From positions 20,274,001 through 20,338,000 of the forward strand of contig NC_073400.1 of NCBI RefSeq assembly GCF_028641065.1: a stretch of 64,000 nt of DNA, written 5' to 3'. A program made the translations under genes and the position numbers. The notes below the pieces were generated by a model. The model was not told the DNA's origin, searched no databases, and saw nothing but the letters and a program-made list of their open reading frames with translations. Positions 1 through 13,725 of the stretch are shown here, piece by piece. Every line of letters begins with the position of its first letter. Within the stretch, counting starts at the first letter, position 1. The stretch comes from Leucoraja erinacea. Its lineage: Eukaryota.

Positions 1-1067
1 TCTTACAACAATCTCATGGATGAAAGGGCTGTGCAAGCTTGTTAGGCTTATTGATACCAAGATGGTAGGGTAGCAAGCTAAACTACAAAGAGAGGAGGCA
101 AAAATCTGGCAGACTGAGTATAATGCTGGTGGAGGTAGAGATTGTGTACTCTAGTAGGAAGAATGGAGATGCAGAGATTTGCTTAATTGCAAAGGCATGA
201 AGGAAAGTTGCAGTGCTGAGATCTGGCTGCAAATTGAGTGCGGGACATTGGGTTTTGGGGTTGGCAATACAGTCAGGGCAAAATGTTTGAATGTGTGATG
301 AAGTTGACATGGGTAGAGGAATAGATGTTATCCACACGGACTTCGACTACACGGACAATTTTGACAAGGGATTGCACGGTAGGCTAGTCTGGAAAGGTTA
401 GGATGGGATCCAAAGCGAGCTAGCCAACTGGATTCGAAATTGGTTTAGTGGAAAGAATCAGGGTGGTAGTGGAGGGTTGTCTTGAGGTTAGAGTCTAGTG
501 TCTGGTGGGTCAGTTGCTGAGTTCATTCCAAAAAATGGTAGATACATTTCTGGACACTGAGGGAATTTAGAGTTTGTGAAGAAAAAGGCAGTTGAGAGTA
601 AAGAACAGCAGTGATCGTGATGACTGGTGGAACAGGCTCTGAATGGTTTACTTGTGTTTCAAGAGGGAAGCGATGAGAAAGAATATACATATTGTTTGCC
701 AAAAGAAGAATAAAGCGTTGGGTGTCTTGGTTCGATATACAGAAGACAAGAGCACGGACATCTCTGTGGACCTTTATAAATCACTGGAGTGTCGTGTCCA
801 GTTCTGGGCGCCGCACTAGAGGAAAGATGTGGTGGTTTGGAGAGAATACGGAGAGGTGGTCCCGGGAGGAGGGGCTGGAGGAGCTGGGGCTGTTTTCACC
901 TTGGTTAGGATGTGACTAAGTAATGAGATGGAGGGAATTAAAACCAGGGAGGGTGCACGCAGAGGCTGTTCCGGTTGTCAGGGGACTTGGGAACGATGAA
1001 GGCGATGGGCAGATGAGAGCCAAGGGACAACTTTAGTTCGCAGAGGGGGGTGTTCAGAAACTGCTAG

Positions 1068-1490
<423 letters not shown>

Positions 1491-1759
1491 TAAATATTCT
1501 GACAACCGAGCACTTCTCCCCCTCCTCCCAGTACTTGTCAAAGCCGTTGGTTCAGCTTCAGAAGAGCCATGACCGTGCACCATTTGTGCGCCCCACCCTC
1601 CTCACTTAGCTGCACGATGCGCCCGTCCTCGACTGCACCCCACGTCGCATGTCTGCGCTCCTCTCCCTCATTTGGCCACATTGTGCTTGCTCACCCTTCC
1701 CCCCCCCCCCACCCTCGGCTGTGTTCAGCATGCGCAGGCCCTCACCATCTGGTTCCTGA

Positions 1760-2008
<249 letters not shown>

Positions 2009-2101
2009 TAACACTGCACGCCCCTTGCTCCGACCCTGTTTGGCTCCTTTCTTGCTCTGATTTCTCTCTCCACTCCTCCCCCTTCCTCCCTCCCTCCACA
2101 G

Positions 2102-2218
2102 GTGATCAAGAGGAACAAGCGGGAACGGGATGAAGACTGCCTGCGACACACTGAACTCTTTGACAGCCACATGCTGTGGTTCCTCATGCACCACCTGCGC
2201 CAGCGGAGACATCGGCAG
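2102..2218 (+). CDS. DCAF8: DCAF8 penultimate exon
   Basis: cag|GTGATC...CGGCAG|gtaagt; [39 protein letters not shown]. Confidence 0.95.
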
Positions 2219-2348
2219 GTAAGTGCAATGGAGCCGGGCACGGCACGGCATGGCACGGCGGAAGGAGGAGAGGTGGTTGGTGACAGTCAGATTAGACTTG
2301 TCCTTGTTTCTAACTCTGCGTTTATATTTTCTCTTTCCCGCTCCAAAG

Positions 2349-2465
2349 CGGCGACGGGAGCCCATCTCTGCGCCGGAGGATGAATCTGACGACACGTCAA
2401 GTTCCTCGGAAACATCGGACGAGGAGGAGGACGGACCCGACCGGGTCCAGTGTATGCCCTCCTGA
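2349..2465 (+). CDS. DCAF8: DCAF8 terminal coding exon
   Basis: Pyrimidine tract then aag|CGGCGACGGGAG; [41 protein letters not shown]. The acceptor position is slightly less certain than the stop. Confidence 0.88.
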   Translation, partial: RRREPISAPEDESDDTSSSSETSDEEEDGPDRVQCMPS

Positions 2466-3312
2466 GGGAGGGGACAAGAGACGCCCACACACCGCACAGA
2501 TGCTCTCGGACGGATGGGGAGGCGTCGTGGGGGCTGGCAGCACAACTCTCTACAGGGGCGGGGAGACACTAAGACGGTGAGGGCAGATGTACAGGGAGAC
2601 AGGCAGAGGGAGACCGCTATCACAGACCTGCACACTGGCATTGACACACTGACTATTCCTGTTTGTGTGTGAGTGTGTGTGTGAGTTGTTCACAATGGGG
2701 TGGAAGTATCTGTGTGTGTGTTCATGCATCTCCTGTCTCCTTGCTCTCCCATTGTCTGGTCCCTCCCTTCTCCCCCTCTCACAGTCTCTCTCTTTACTCT
2801 CTCTCTTTTTCTTTTTTTTCTCCCCTCTTTTCTCTTTCTCTTCCCTTCTCTCCTTCCCTTCTCTCTTTCACGCCTTCATTTTCTCTCTCGCTCGGTTACT
2901 GACCCGTGCAAATCGCCACAGTATTTTTCTGATCGACTTTCTAAGTTTTGTATATCCAGAAACACGCCCGTCCCTGCGAAGCTCGTCAATTATGGTTTTG
3001 GAGGTGGGGGGGATTTATTTTAAAAAGTTCTATGTTGAGAAACTGTTTATAGTTTGGGAGGTGGGGTGAGGATCCTTCCTGCAGCCTCTCCCTCCCTCCC
3101 CACACCCTCTTACCCCCATTAGGGCATGTCCGGGGTTTCATTGTGTACCCGCTCTTTGAGCCTGCAGTTTGGGGTATGGGGAAGGGAGGGGGAGGGGGGG
3201 CGTCAAACAGCAGGTTTGAAAAATGCTTTACAGATGCCGTGACGGGGTATAGCTTGTTGCTTTATGCGTTTTTGCCCGTTCTCAATTTTGATGGATTTGA
3301 ATTTAGACTGCA

Positions 3313-3318
3313 ATTAAA
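3313..3318 (+). terminator. Probable DCAF8 polyadenylation signal (ATTAAA)
   Basis: ATTAAA about 850 nt after the stop, followed by a GT/T-rich tract (tgtgtttcttttttt). Confidence 0.5.
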
Positions 3319-3491
3319 AACCGCATTGAATGAACTGGGTTCCTGTGTTTCTTTTTTTTATCCCTTCCACCTGGGGCTGGTGGCAAGGGACCTCTGCCCG
3401 CAGAGAGGGGAGGGGGTGAGAGACCACCGCCCAGCAGGGTGAGAAGGTGCAGGCCCTCTCTGCCTGGCGAGGAGGGGGTGAGAGTATTGAT

Positions 3492-3621
3492 GTGTAAGAA
3501 GGAGCTGCAGGTGCTGGTTTCAACCGAAGATAGACACAAAAAGCTGGAGTAACTCAGCGGGACAGGCAGCATCTCTGGAGAGAAGGAATAGGTGTTGTTT
3601 TGGGCCGAGACCCTTCTTCAG
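3492..3621 (-). mobile_element. Penelope-terminal (pLTR-like) short repeat, degenerate hammerhead-like core
   Basis: Reverse complement of the 5260-5350 motif (CTGAAGAAGGGTCTCGGCCC...GCTGAGTTACTCCAGC). Confidence 0.7.
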
Positions 3622-3881
3622 TGTTGGGGAAGCAAAAAAAAAATGAAACGGAATGCAGATGGACCAATAGGCACTTTGAACACGGACACGTTCTCTTGCA
3701 TTTGAGCAGTGCATGCCCTCGTTATATTCCATCCACCAAGTTCTTGCGTGTTCATTTTGCTTGCCCATATCCTCCTCGCAGCCTGTCACCCATTGAATAT
3801 CTTGCACTTGATCTTTACCAATCATTTTGAGCAAATGGGTTTTGGAACAGATTTTTATTTCCCCATCGCACTTCCGCCTGC

Positions 3882-3912
<31 letters not shown>

Positions 3913-4259
3913 GATGTCCCAGTTTCTTGTGTTTCCTGTTAATTCAATTCCTCAATCCATGTCAGTGCAGTGACTCCCAAAATTCCCCTGTAATAATCTC
4001 GGCGCCACCCTTCAAAGGCTTCTATAATTCCAAATTCATCCACATCAACTGGTTCACTGAAATGGGGATGAGGAGGAATTTGGAATTTCTTTAGCCAGAG
4101 GGAGGTGAATCTGTGAAATTCATTGCCACAAACTGTGGTGGAGGCTGTCATTGGAAATTTTTAAAGCAGAGATTGATAGTCCCTTGATTAGTGAGGGTGT
4201 CAAAAGGTTATGGGGAGAAGGCAGGAAAATGGGGATGAAAATGGACAATAGATCAGCCA

Positions 4260-4338
4260 CAAAACGCTGGAGTAACTCATCGGGTCAGGCAGCATCTCTG
4301 GAAAAGGAATGGGTGACATTTTGGGTCAAGACCCTCTG
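4260..4338 (-). mobile_element. Degenerate Penelope-terminal short repeat
   Basis: ctggagtaactcatcgggtcaggcagcatctctgg...gggtcaagaccc, same family as 3492-3621. Confidence 0.55.
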
Positions 4339-4552
4339 ACGTTTACTGTTTACTTTCCTCTTGCATTTGACCTCCCAAAATGCACCGCCTCACGCCTTCC
4401 AGGATTTAAACCTCATCTTCCATTTTCTGCCCATATTTCCAACTGCCCTTATCTACTGCTGAATCCTTTGACAACCTTCCTCACTATCCACCATTTTGCT
4501 AATTTTCATGCCAAATGTAAACTTACTAATCAGCCCAACTACACTTTTGTCC

Positions 4553-5353
4553 CATACTTTTTGTCACATACAAAAAGTAATCCTCCGTCAGTTTCGCCAC
4601 CTCCAACGTGACCCCACCACTCGCCACATCTTCCCATCTCCCCCCATATCTGCCTTCCGCAAAGACCGCTCCCTCCATAACTCCCTTGTCAATTCTTCCC
4701 TTCCCTCTCGGTCCACCCCCTCCCCGGGCACTTTCCCTTGCAACCGCAAGAGATGCAACACTTGTCCCTTTACCTCCCCCCTCGACTCCGTTCAAGGACC
4801 CAAGCAATCGTTCCAGGTGCGACAGAGGTTTACCTGCATCTCTTCCAACCTCATCTATTGCGTCCGCTGCTCTAGATGTCAGCAGATCTATATCGGTGAG
4901 ACCAAGCGGAGGTTGGGCGATCGTTTCGCCGAACACCTCCGCTCGGTCCGCAATAACCAAGCTGACCTCCCGGTGGCTCAGCACTTCAACTCCCCCTCCC
5001 ACTCCGTCTCCGACCTCTCTGTCCTGGGTCTCCTCCATGGCCACAGCGAGCAGCACCGGAAATTGGAGGAACAGCACTTCATATTCCGTTTGGGGAGTCT
5101 GCACCCCGGGGGCATGAACATCGAATTCTCCCAATTTTGGTAGTCCTTGCTGTCTCCTACCCTTCCTCAGCCCCCCTGCTGTCTCCTCCCATCCCCCAGC
5201 CTTCGGGCTCCTCCTCCTTTTCCCTTTCTTGTCCCCACCCACCCCCGCCCCCGATCAGTCTGAAGAAGGGTTTCGGCCCGAAACGTTGCCTATTTCCTTC
5301 GCTCCATAGATGCTGCTGCACCCGCTGAGTTTCTCCAGCTTTTTTTGTGTAAC
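4553..5353 (+). mobile_element. 5'-truncated Penelope-like retroelement: GIY-YIG endonuclease plus terminal repeat, 14-bp TSD
   Basis: ORF 4496-5143 contains C-x2-C then FTCISSNLIYCVRCSRCQQIYIGETKRRLGDRFAEHLRS...VAQHFN...RKLEEQHFIFRLGSLHPGGMNIE (PLE GIY-YIG). CTACACTTTTGTCC is duplicated at 4539-4552 and 5354-5367. It sits inside an older decayed LINE. Confidence 0.9.
5260..5287 (+). ncRNA. Minimal hammerhead-ribozyme-like motif in the Penelope terminal repeat
   Basis: CUGAAGA-A-GGGU(UUCG)GCCC-GAAAC-GUU: both core boxes, helix II with a UUCG loop, palindromic ACGU in place of helix III. Helix I pairing is weak. Confidence 0.55.
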
Positions 5354-6204
5354 CTACACTTTTGTCCATATTATTTATATACTTTATCGCACCCACCCCA
5401 ACAGTGATCCCTGCAGATCACCAGCCCAACAGACTCATTCAGAATAATATTTTTCCACCACTACCCTCTGACTAATGTTAAATTCAATCCACTAAGTCTC
5501 CACGTTACTTCCTTTTCTCGATCAGCCAACCATGAGGGACAGTTGAAAGCTTTATTGCCATCTATGTATGCAACTCACCGTCGCCTTATCTCATCAATCA
5601 TCTTTGTTGCTTCATTAAAATAGTCAAGTTTGTGAGCTATTAACTTCCTCGTACAGACCTATCCTGACTATCCCTAACAAGTCTGCTTGTTCAGATGCGT
5701 ACATTTTGTCCATAAGTATCTTCTCCAGCAATTTCCCTCCCACTGGCATATCATTTCCTAGTTTGCCTCTAATGTATTCCTTTTTAGCCACAGATGAGGT
5801 CCTGGAAGACTGGAGCATTGCTAAAATTATTATTAAGGTACCATCTATCTTTTCCCATCCCTCTCTCAACAATCTGGGCTAGATCCCATCGGGCCCGGGG
5901 GATTGACCACCTTAATGTTTTCCAAGAATTGGTGCATTGGGAAAGCCACCTGAAACACAAGCCATTGTCCTCGGCTGACCTTCGGGTCCTGACCTTAAAT
6001 GTCATCTGTCCTTTTCTATGCACTTATATTCCTGAATCTACAGGGCTGGTAGAGGAGGCCCATCAGCTCCTTGAATCGGCCGTGCAAGCACAACAGGAGG
6101 CTGTTCAACCCACCCAGTGGAGGAGGAGGAGGAGGCCACCCTCATATGCACACACCTTCATCAGAGACACACGATGAGACTTGAATCCTACATCAACAAA
6201 TCAT

Positions 6205-6210
6205 TTTATT
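6205..6210 (-). terminator. Probable ATP1A2 polyadenylation signal (AATAAA on minus strand)
   Basis: tttatt on the + strand, about 690 nt downstream of the ATP1A2 stop. Confidence 0.6.
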
Positions 6211-6899
6211 TCCAATCACTGCAGGCCTGCCGTTGGTCTGCAAACTCCGGCTGTGGGGGATGGTCTGCGGGAGGGAGGAGGTTAGTAGGTGGATGGGTGG
6301 GTGGGGTGGGGGTATACCGAGAGCAGAGGGAGGGGCTCCAAATTATGTCAGGAACCAGAGAGTACATGTGGGTGTGGCGGGGAAGGTGAAGGGAGTAGCA
6401 GAGGAGCTGCCATGGTAGGCAGGAGGTGGTACAGGGGGTGAGGGGAGGGCAGAGATCAGCAATATGCCTCCGTTGTTCCTCCAGGGGAGGGATGGTGACA
6501 GGAGGCGAGTTAGGGATGGGAAATGGGAAGACAGTTTTGGGAGGTGGATGAGTGGGAAAAGGGGAATGGGTTTGGGGAGGAGTAATGAAGGGAATATGGT
6601 GGAGAAGGGAATGGTAGTAGGAGGGGAGTAGTTTCAGGAGGGTGTGAGGAAGAGGCGAGTGGATGGTTGGGGTGGGAGAGTGAGTTTGGGGAGGGGTGGT
6701 GGAGAGAGTGTGGGGTGGATGGTGAGGGGAGGGGGAAGCGAATGGGTAGTTTAGTGAGGGGAGTGTGCTGGGAAGGGTACTAAAGGGTTTGGAGTAGATG
6801 GTGAGGGGAAGTAGGGACGGGGAGATTGAGGGATAAGGAAAGGGCATTGTGTAGTTTGGTGGGGAGGGGGACCAACGGTGTAAGTTGGGTGAAGGTCGC

Positions 6900-6928
6900 T
6901 CAGTAATACGTCTCGCGTTCCACCCAAC
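6900..6928 (-). CDS. ATP1A2: ATP1A2 exon 23 (coding part)
   Basis: ctgcag|GT TGG GTG GAA CGC GAG ACG TAT TAC TGA = (G)WVERETYY*. Confidence 0.93.
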
Positions 6929-7305
6929 CTGCAGAAAAGTTTGGAGAGGAGAAAGTCAGTGCCCGAAATTCATACCTCAGTGTACGACAGCGCACAGGCT
7001 GACCTCATCCCATCCCATCTATGTCAGTGGCAGAATGTCTATGGGAGGGGATGGAGCAATTCTGGTGCTGCCCCTCGTCGATCTTTGCCCCTCCGTCCCG
7101 TGTCCCCCCCCCCACCCCCATTAGGGTACGATGCTTCTAGCAACTGGCAGCAGAGAGGGGCAGCTGGCTGTCACGTCTCCATCGCCACCTCGCCATCTCG
7201 GTCCACATCCCAGCCTCCTGCTCCTGACCCCCATGCACCCATCCCTGCCACCCTCCCACGCCAGGCACGTCACAGGGGAAGGTTCCGGAAGCAACCGCGA
7301 CTCAC

Positions 7306-7397
7306 CGCCAGGGTGTCGGCGTAGGATGAACTTCCTGACCTCATCGTAGATGAAGATGAGGAGACTGTAGGGGAAGGCACAGAACCACCAGGGGAGT
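7306..7397 (-). CDS. ATP1A2: ATP1A2 exon 22
   Basis: 92 nt; [30 protein letters not shown]; AG/GT flanks. Confidence 0.95.
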
Positions 7398-8530
7398 CTG
7401 GAGAGAGAAAGAGTGAGAGGTTGAGAGAGAGAGAGGAAGACGAGAGGAGGGTGGAGGAGGAAAGAGGAGAGTGCAGAAGGGAGAGAGGGAGTGAAGAGTG
7501 GGAGAGTGTAAGAGAGAGCAGAGGGAGAAATGGAAAGGAGAGCATGGTGGGAAAACAAAGTTGAGAGGATAAAAAGCAGAGGGAGAAAGAAGTGGAGAGA
7601 TAGTAATGGAAGGGAAAAGAGAGCACAGAGGGAGGGAGGAGATGGCAGAGCAGAGGAATAAAGGGAGTGGAGAGTGGACAGAAGGAGGAAGCGGGTAGAG
7701 CATGTTGGGATAGGAGTGCGGAGGAAGGAAGGGAATGACGAGGGAATGGAGGAAAAGAGGGATAGAGAGGGAGGAGAGAGGAAACGCCGAGGGAGGGGGA
7801 GAGAAGAGCAGAGGAAAGGAGGGGGAAATAGAGGGAGCAAGATTGAGTGCAGAGAGATGGAGAGGAGTGTGTGGACAGTGGGATGTGCATGAGTAGGTGA
7901 GAGGAGAAATAGGGAGAGGGATAGGAATGGGGGTGGGGGGGGGATAAAAATGTGGGAGAAAGGGAGTAAGCAGTAGTGAGGAAGGAGAAAGCTGGAATGT
8001 GGGTGGCAAGGGTTGTGGAGAGGAAGAGTGCTATGAGAGAAATATAGTGTAGAAATACAGTGAGGTGGGAGGGGGGGAGAACAGGATGTTGGAAAGGAGG
8101 GAGAGAGTGAAGAAGGTTGAGAATGGGGAATTATAGAGGGGTGGGATTAAAGGGGAGGGAGAGATGCCCCTCTCACCCAACACATCTCTCTGTGAATCCC
8201 CCTCTGACCCTGACACCTCTTTATCTCTGTAACCTATTTTGATCCCCAACACCCCTTCACATCTCAATAAACCCCTCGATCTCCTATACCCCTCAGTGAT
8301 TTCCTCCAGCCCTAACCTATTTCCATGACCCCGCCAGCCCCTACACCCCTCCCTATCTCTAAAACCCCCTCCATCCTTTACACCGCTCCTTATCTCTGTA
8401 ACCCAGTCTAGCCCCTGCACGCCTCAGTATTTCCAGAACTCCTTCCATCCTCTGTGCCCCTCCTTAGCACTGACCTTGATCCTCTCCACTCTCCCTATCT
8501 CTGCTGCGTTGGAATGGAGACGAGGACTTA

Positions 8531-8725
<195 letters not shown>

Positions 8726-9138
8726 TCACCTCACCCACTCCCTCAGTGCCTCAACCCCATTTTCTTTCCTCATCCCCTCCTTAAAAACCCTTAGTTCTAC
8801 TCACCCCGAACTCTTAATCACCTCAGCCCCTGCCCCCTCTCTCAGCCCCTCCCCCTGAGTTTTACCTCCTCAACCTCTGCTTCTATTATCATCTTCTTTC
8901 TTGCACTCCTCCCTCAACCCCTCCCCCTCTCCCTGCCTCCCACGCCCCGTCACTCCCTTCAGCCTCTCCCCGTTTCCCAACCCACGTCCTCCCCTTCCAT
9001 CTACTTTCTCTCCCCTTCCACTGCCTGAGACCCATTCCCTCTCCCACTGTCCATCCCACTCTGCTGTCCTATTTCCCTCTTTCCCACTCCCTCAGCACCA
9101 GCCATCCCCCCTCCCATCTTGTGTAGGGCCCTTGGTCA

Positions 9139-9318
<180 letters not shown>

Positions 9319-9405
9319 TCAGTGGCACTAGCAGGATCCCGTAATTCTGGCCGTGCAACCTCCCCCCTCCCCTACCCCCTCCCTCCTCGGCGAATGGAGC
9401 CTCAC

Positions 9406-9551
9406 CCACTCCTGTCCGTAACTGTCCTCAAGGTCGTTCCGGGACCGGTCGTCCCAGTCGAGCCTCAGATTGATGAGGTGCGAGGGCAGGAAGCCGTTCT
9501 CTGCCAGGATTACAAAGTAGGTGAAGAATCCTCCTAGCGCCTGGATCATCC
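9406..9551 (-). CDS. ATP1A2: ATP1A2 exon 19
   Basis: 146 nt; [48 protein letters not shown]. Confidence 0.95.
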
Positions 9552-10211
9552 CTGCAAGGGCAAGGTGGGGTGCCGCAGTTGGGGCAAGATAGGAGGAGGG
9601 GGGGAGAGAGGAGTTTGTCAGAATTGTCCAGAGTTACTGACACCCTATTTCCCATCCATCTCTTCCCCCCCTCGGGCCCTTTTCCCTTTTTCCTATATTC
9701 CCTCCACCCCCATGCCTTCCCTCCCTCCTTCTCCTTCCCTTCATCCCTGTCCCATCCATTACTCCCTCCCTCCACTCAATTCCTTCTCTCCATCCATCTT
9801 AATTCCCTCTTCCATTCTTCCCCATTCCTTTTCTTCCCACCCCTCCATTCATCTCCCTTCCTCCATCCCACACTGTTATTCCCTCCCTCTATCCCCATTC
9901 CTTCCTTCCCTCCCTCCCTCCACCTCATTCCTTCCATCCATCTTAATTCCCTCTTCCATTCGTCCCCATTTCTCTCTTCCCCTCCCTTCTTATCCATTCC
10001 TTAACTCCCCCTCTCTCTATTCATCTCCCTTCCTCTCTCCCTCCCCATCACTTCCCTTCCTCCCTTCCTGCTGACCCTTCCCCATCCCTTCCCTCCTGCT
10101 CCATTTCCATCCTTCCTTCCTCCCCCACTTCTTTCTCCCCTTACCCTCCCATCCCAACCATCCCACCCATCCCTCTGCCCTCTGTGCCTCTCCCATTACT
10201 CCCTCACTCAC

Positions 10212-10335
10212 CGATCTGTCCGTATGCCATGCTGATGAGTTTCTCATTGACCAGTTTGTCAGTTTTGGGGTTTCGAGGTTGTCTTTTCATGATGTCGCTC
10301 TCTGCTGCCTCGTAGGCCAGTGAGATTGCAGGGAC
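10212..10335 (-). CDS. ATP1A2: ATP1A2 exon 18
   Basis: 124 nt; [41 protein letters not shown]. Confidence 0.95.
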
Positions 10336-10467
10336 CTTGCCAAAGGATAAGTAAAGATTCAATGATGGAATTGCTTCATGCAACTCCTCTGCAACCCCTC
10401 CTCCAATCCCATGCCCCATGCCTCATTCTCTCCAAACCATCCACTCCACTCTCATCCACTCCATTCA

Positions 10468-10791
<324 letters not shown>

Positions 10792-11063
10792 TCAGTTCCT
10801 GATCCTGTGCCTCATATAATTTCCCCCTGCTCCTCCTCCCTTCACCTTCACCTCCTCCCCTCCCACTAACTCCGTACCACTTCTCCTCTCCTCCCCTTCC
10901 ATCGTGTCACCTCCCTCCACATTGCCTCCCCAACTGGCTCCTCCCTCCCTCCTCCTCTCCGACCTTTCCATATCTCGGCACTGTCCTCACTCCTGTTCTG
11001 ACCTCTCTCCCAGCCTCACCCCTCTTCCATTTTCACCTACCACTCCACCATCTCCACTCCCCT

Positions 11064-12675
11064 CATAGAAACGTTGAAAATAGGTGCAGGAGTAGGCCAT
11101 TCAGCCCTTCAAGCCAGCACTGCCATTCAATGTGATCACAGCTGATCATCCACAATCAGTACCCCGTTCCTGCCTTCTCCCCATATCCCTTGATTCCTCT
11201 AGCCCTAAGAGCTCTATCTAACTCACTTTTGAATGCATCCAGTGAATCGGCCTCCACTGCCACAATTCCACAATTTCACAACTCTCTGGGTGAAAAAGTT
11301 TTTCCTTATCTCAGTTCTAAATGGCCTACTTATTCTCAAACTGTGCCCCTAATACTGGACTCCCCCATGTTTCCTGCATCTAGTTTCTCCAATCCCTTAA
11401 TAATTTTAAGTACTAGATCCTCTGTCCCCTAGTACTTCTGGGAGATTGTTTGTGTCTTCGTTAGTGAAGACAGAACTAACTTACCTGTTCAACTCGTCTG
11501 CCATTTCCTTGTTCCCCATAATAAATTCACATGTTTCAAGGGACCCCACATTTGTCTTAACTAATCTTTTCCTCTTCACATACCTAAAGAAGCTTTTTCT
11601 ATTCTTCTTTATATTCTTGGCCGGCTTACCTTTGTACTTCATCTTTTCTCCCCTCATTGCCTATTTAGTTACCTTCTGTTGTTCTTTAGAAGTTTCCCAA
11701 TCTTCTGGCTTCCCGCTCATCTTGCTATGTTATACGTCTTTTCTTTTAATTTTATACCGTCATTTGCTTCCCTTGTTAGCCAGTCGCCTATTACTCCCCT
11801 TAGAATCCTTCTTCCTCCTTGGGATGAAATGGTCCTGCATCTTCTGGATTATTCCCAGAAATTCCTTCCATTGCTGTTCCACTGTCATCCCTGCTTGGGC
11901 CCCTTTCCAGTCAACTTTGACCAGCTCCTCCCTCATGCCTCCACAGTCTCCTTTGTTCAACTGCAATACTGGCACTTCTGATTTTAACTTCTCCCTCTCA
12001 AATTGCAGATTAAAACATATCATATTATGGCCACTACCTCCTAATGGCTCCTTTACCTTGAGTTCTCTTATCAAATCCGGTTTATTATACAACACTAAAT
12101 CCAGAATTGCCTTCTCCCTGGTAGGCTCCAGTTCAAGCTGCTCAAAGAATTCATCTCGGAGGCACTCTGCCAATTCCCTTTCTTGGGGTCCAGTATCAAC
12201 CTGATTTTCCCAGTCTACCTGCATATTGAAATATCCCATAAACACCGTAGCATTACCTTTGTTATATGCTGCCAATTTTAACTCCTGATGCAACTTGCAC
12301 CCTATATCCTGGCTACTGTTTGGGGGGCTGTAGATAACTGCCATTAAGGTATTTTACACTTACAATTTCTCAGTTCTATCCACAATGACTACATCTTCTG
12401 ATTCTATGTCACCCCTCGCAAAGGACTCCATTTCATTCCTTACCAACAGATCTACCCCACCTCCTCTGCCCACCTGTCTGTCTTTTCGATAGGACGTATA
12501 ACCCTGAATGTTCAGTTCCCAACTCTGATCATCTTGCAGCCATGTCTCTGTAATTCCCACAACATCATGCCTACCAATCTCTAACTGAGCCTCAAGCTCA
12601 TCCACTTTATTTCTTATACTTTGCGCATTCATTTATAACACTTTTAATTCAGTATTCACCTCCCCTCTCACACCG
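11064..12675 (-). mobile_element. CR1-clade LINE remnant with most of the RT deleted (endonuclease region joined to the 3' end)
   Basis: ORFs 12360-12632 (MNAQSIRNKVDELEAQLEIGRHDVVGITETWL) and 11760-12344 (APE endonuclease). The 3' UTR is shared with 39849-42985. Confidence 0.85.
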
Positions 12676-12733
12676 AAGGGCTCCTATTTCACTACTCCAC
12701 CCTCGTGTCTCCCCCCCCCCCCCCCCCTCCTCA

Positions 12734-12949
<216 letters not shown>

Positions 12950-13725
12950 TCAGGAAACGGACGGAGGGGAGCTTAGAGGTCGTGCCCCTGCGGGAGGAGG
13001 TAACCCCCCCAATCATCAATCACCCATTTGCATTTTCCATATTAACCATGTTTTATTGCCTCCACATTCCCATCAAACCCCCCCAGATTTCACACATCAT
13101 CATCCTGGACGTTGGCAGGGAAACTCAGGGTGAGGGGCCTGAGTTTGGGCAAATTCAGGAGGGAAAGGTGGAATGGACAAATATTTTCAAGTGGCGAGGA
13201 GTGGAAGGATGTTGGCACTCAATCCGGGGGTCCCTCTAAGTGATGTTTCCTCTGGCTGAGGTGCCTGCAACCAGAGTCAGTCATTTAGGACAGAAATGAG
13301 GAGAAATCTCTTAACCCATGAGGGCTGTGGAGGACATTCAAGGTTAGGATCAGTGGCTTCAGGACCATTATGGAATGGAGGGATCTGTGGTTAGTGAGAT
13401 AAAAGAGCAGTGATATGCTCTTTGAATACAAGAGCAGGCTTGAGGGACCAAATGGCCTTCAATTACTTTATCTCTTATTTATCCTCTGAGCTTAATCCTC
13501 CTCTGTGGGTACATCTGTGGGAGACCAGAGCAGAGAACAATGCATCTAGTGTGGTCTAATGGTGCACGGTGCTCCCATTGTGGTCTAACCCAGGGATATG
13601 GAGAATAAAACTGTGTACGGTGCTCTCTGAGTGGCTTAACCTAGGAACATGGAGACTGGAAGTGGGAGATAGAATGCAATGCTGGGATTCGAAGGCTGAG
13701 GGGATGGTGTCAGGGAGCAGCCCAC

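Noticed and set aside
4496-5143. Host gene encoding a GIY-YIG nuclease
   Set aside because: The ORF start lies outside the TSD-bounded insert, there is no RT or promoter, and it is a truncated Penelope copy.
7121-8009. Overlapping 200+ aa minus-strand ORFs rich in Ser/Leu/Pro/Phe
   Set aside because: Polypyrimidine intron read-through; only 7306-7397 is a real exon.
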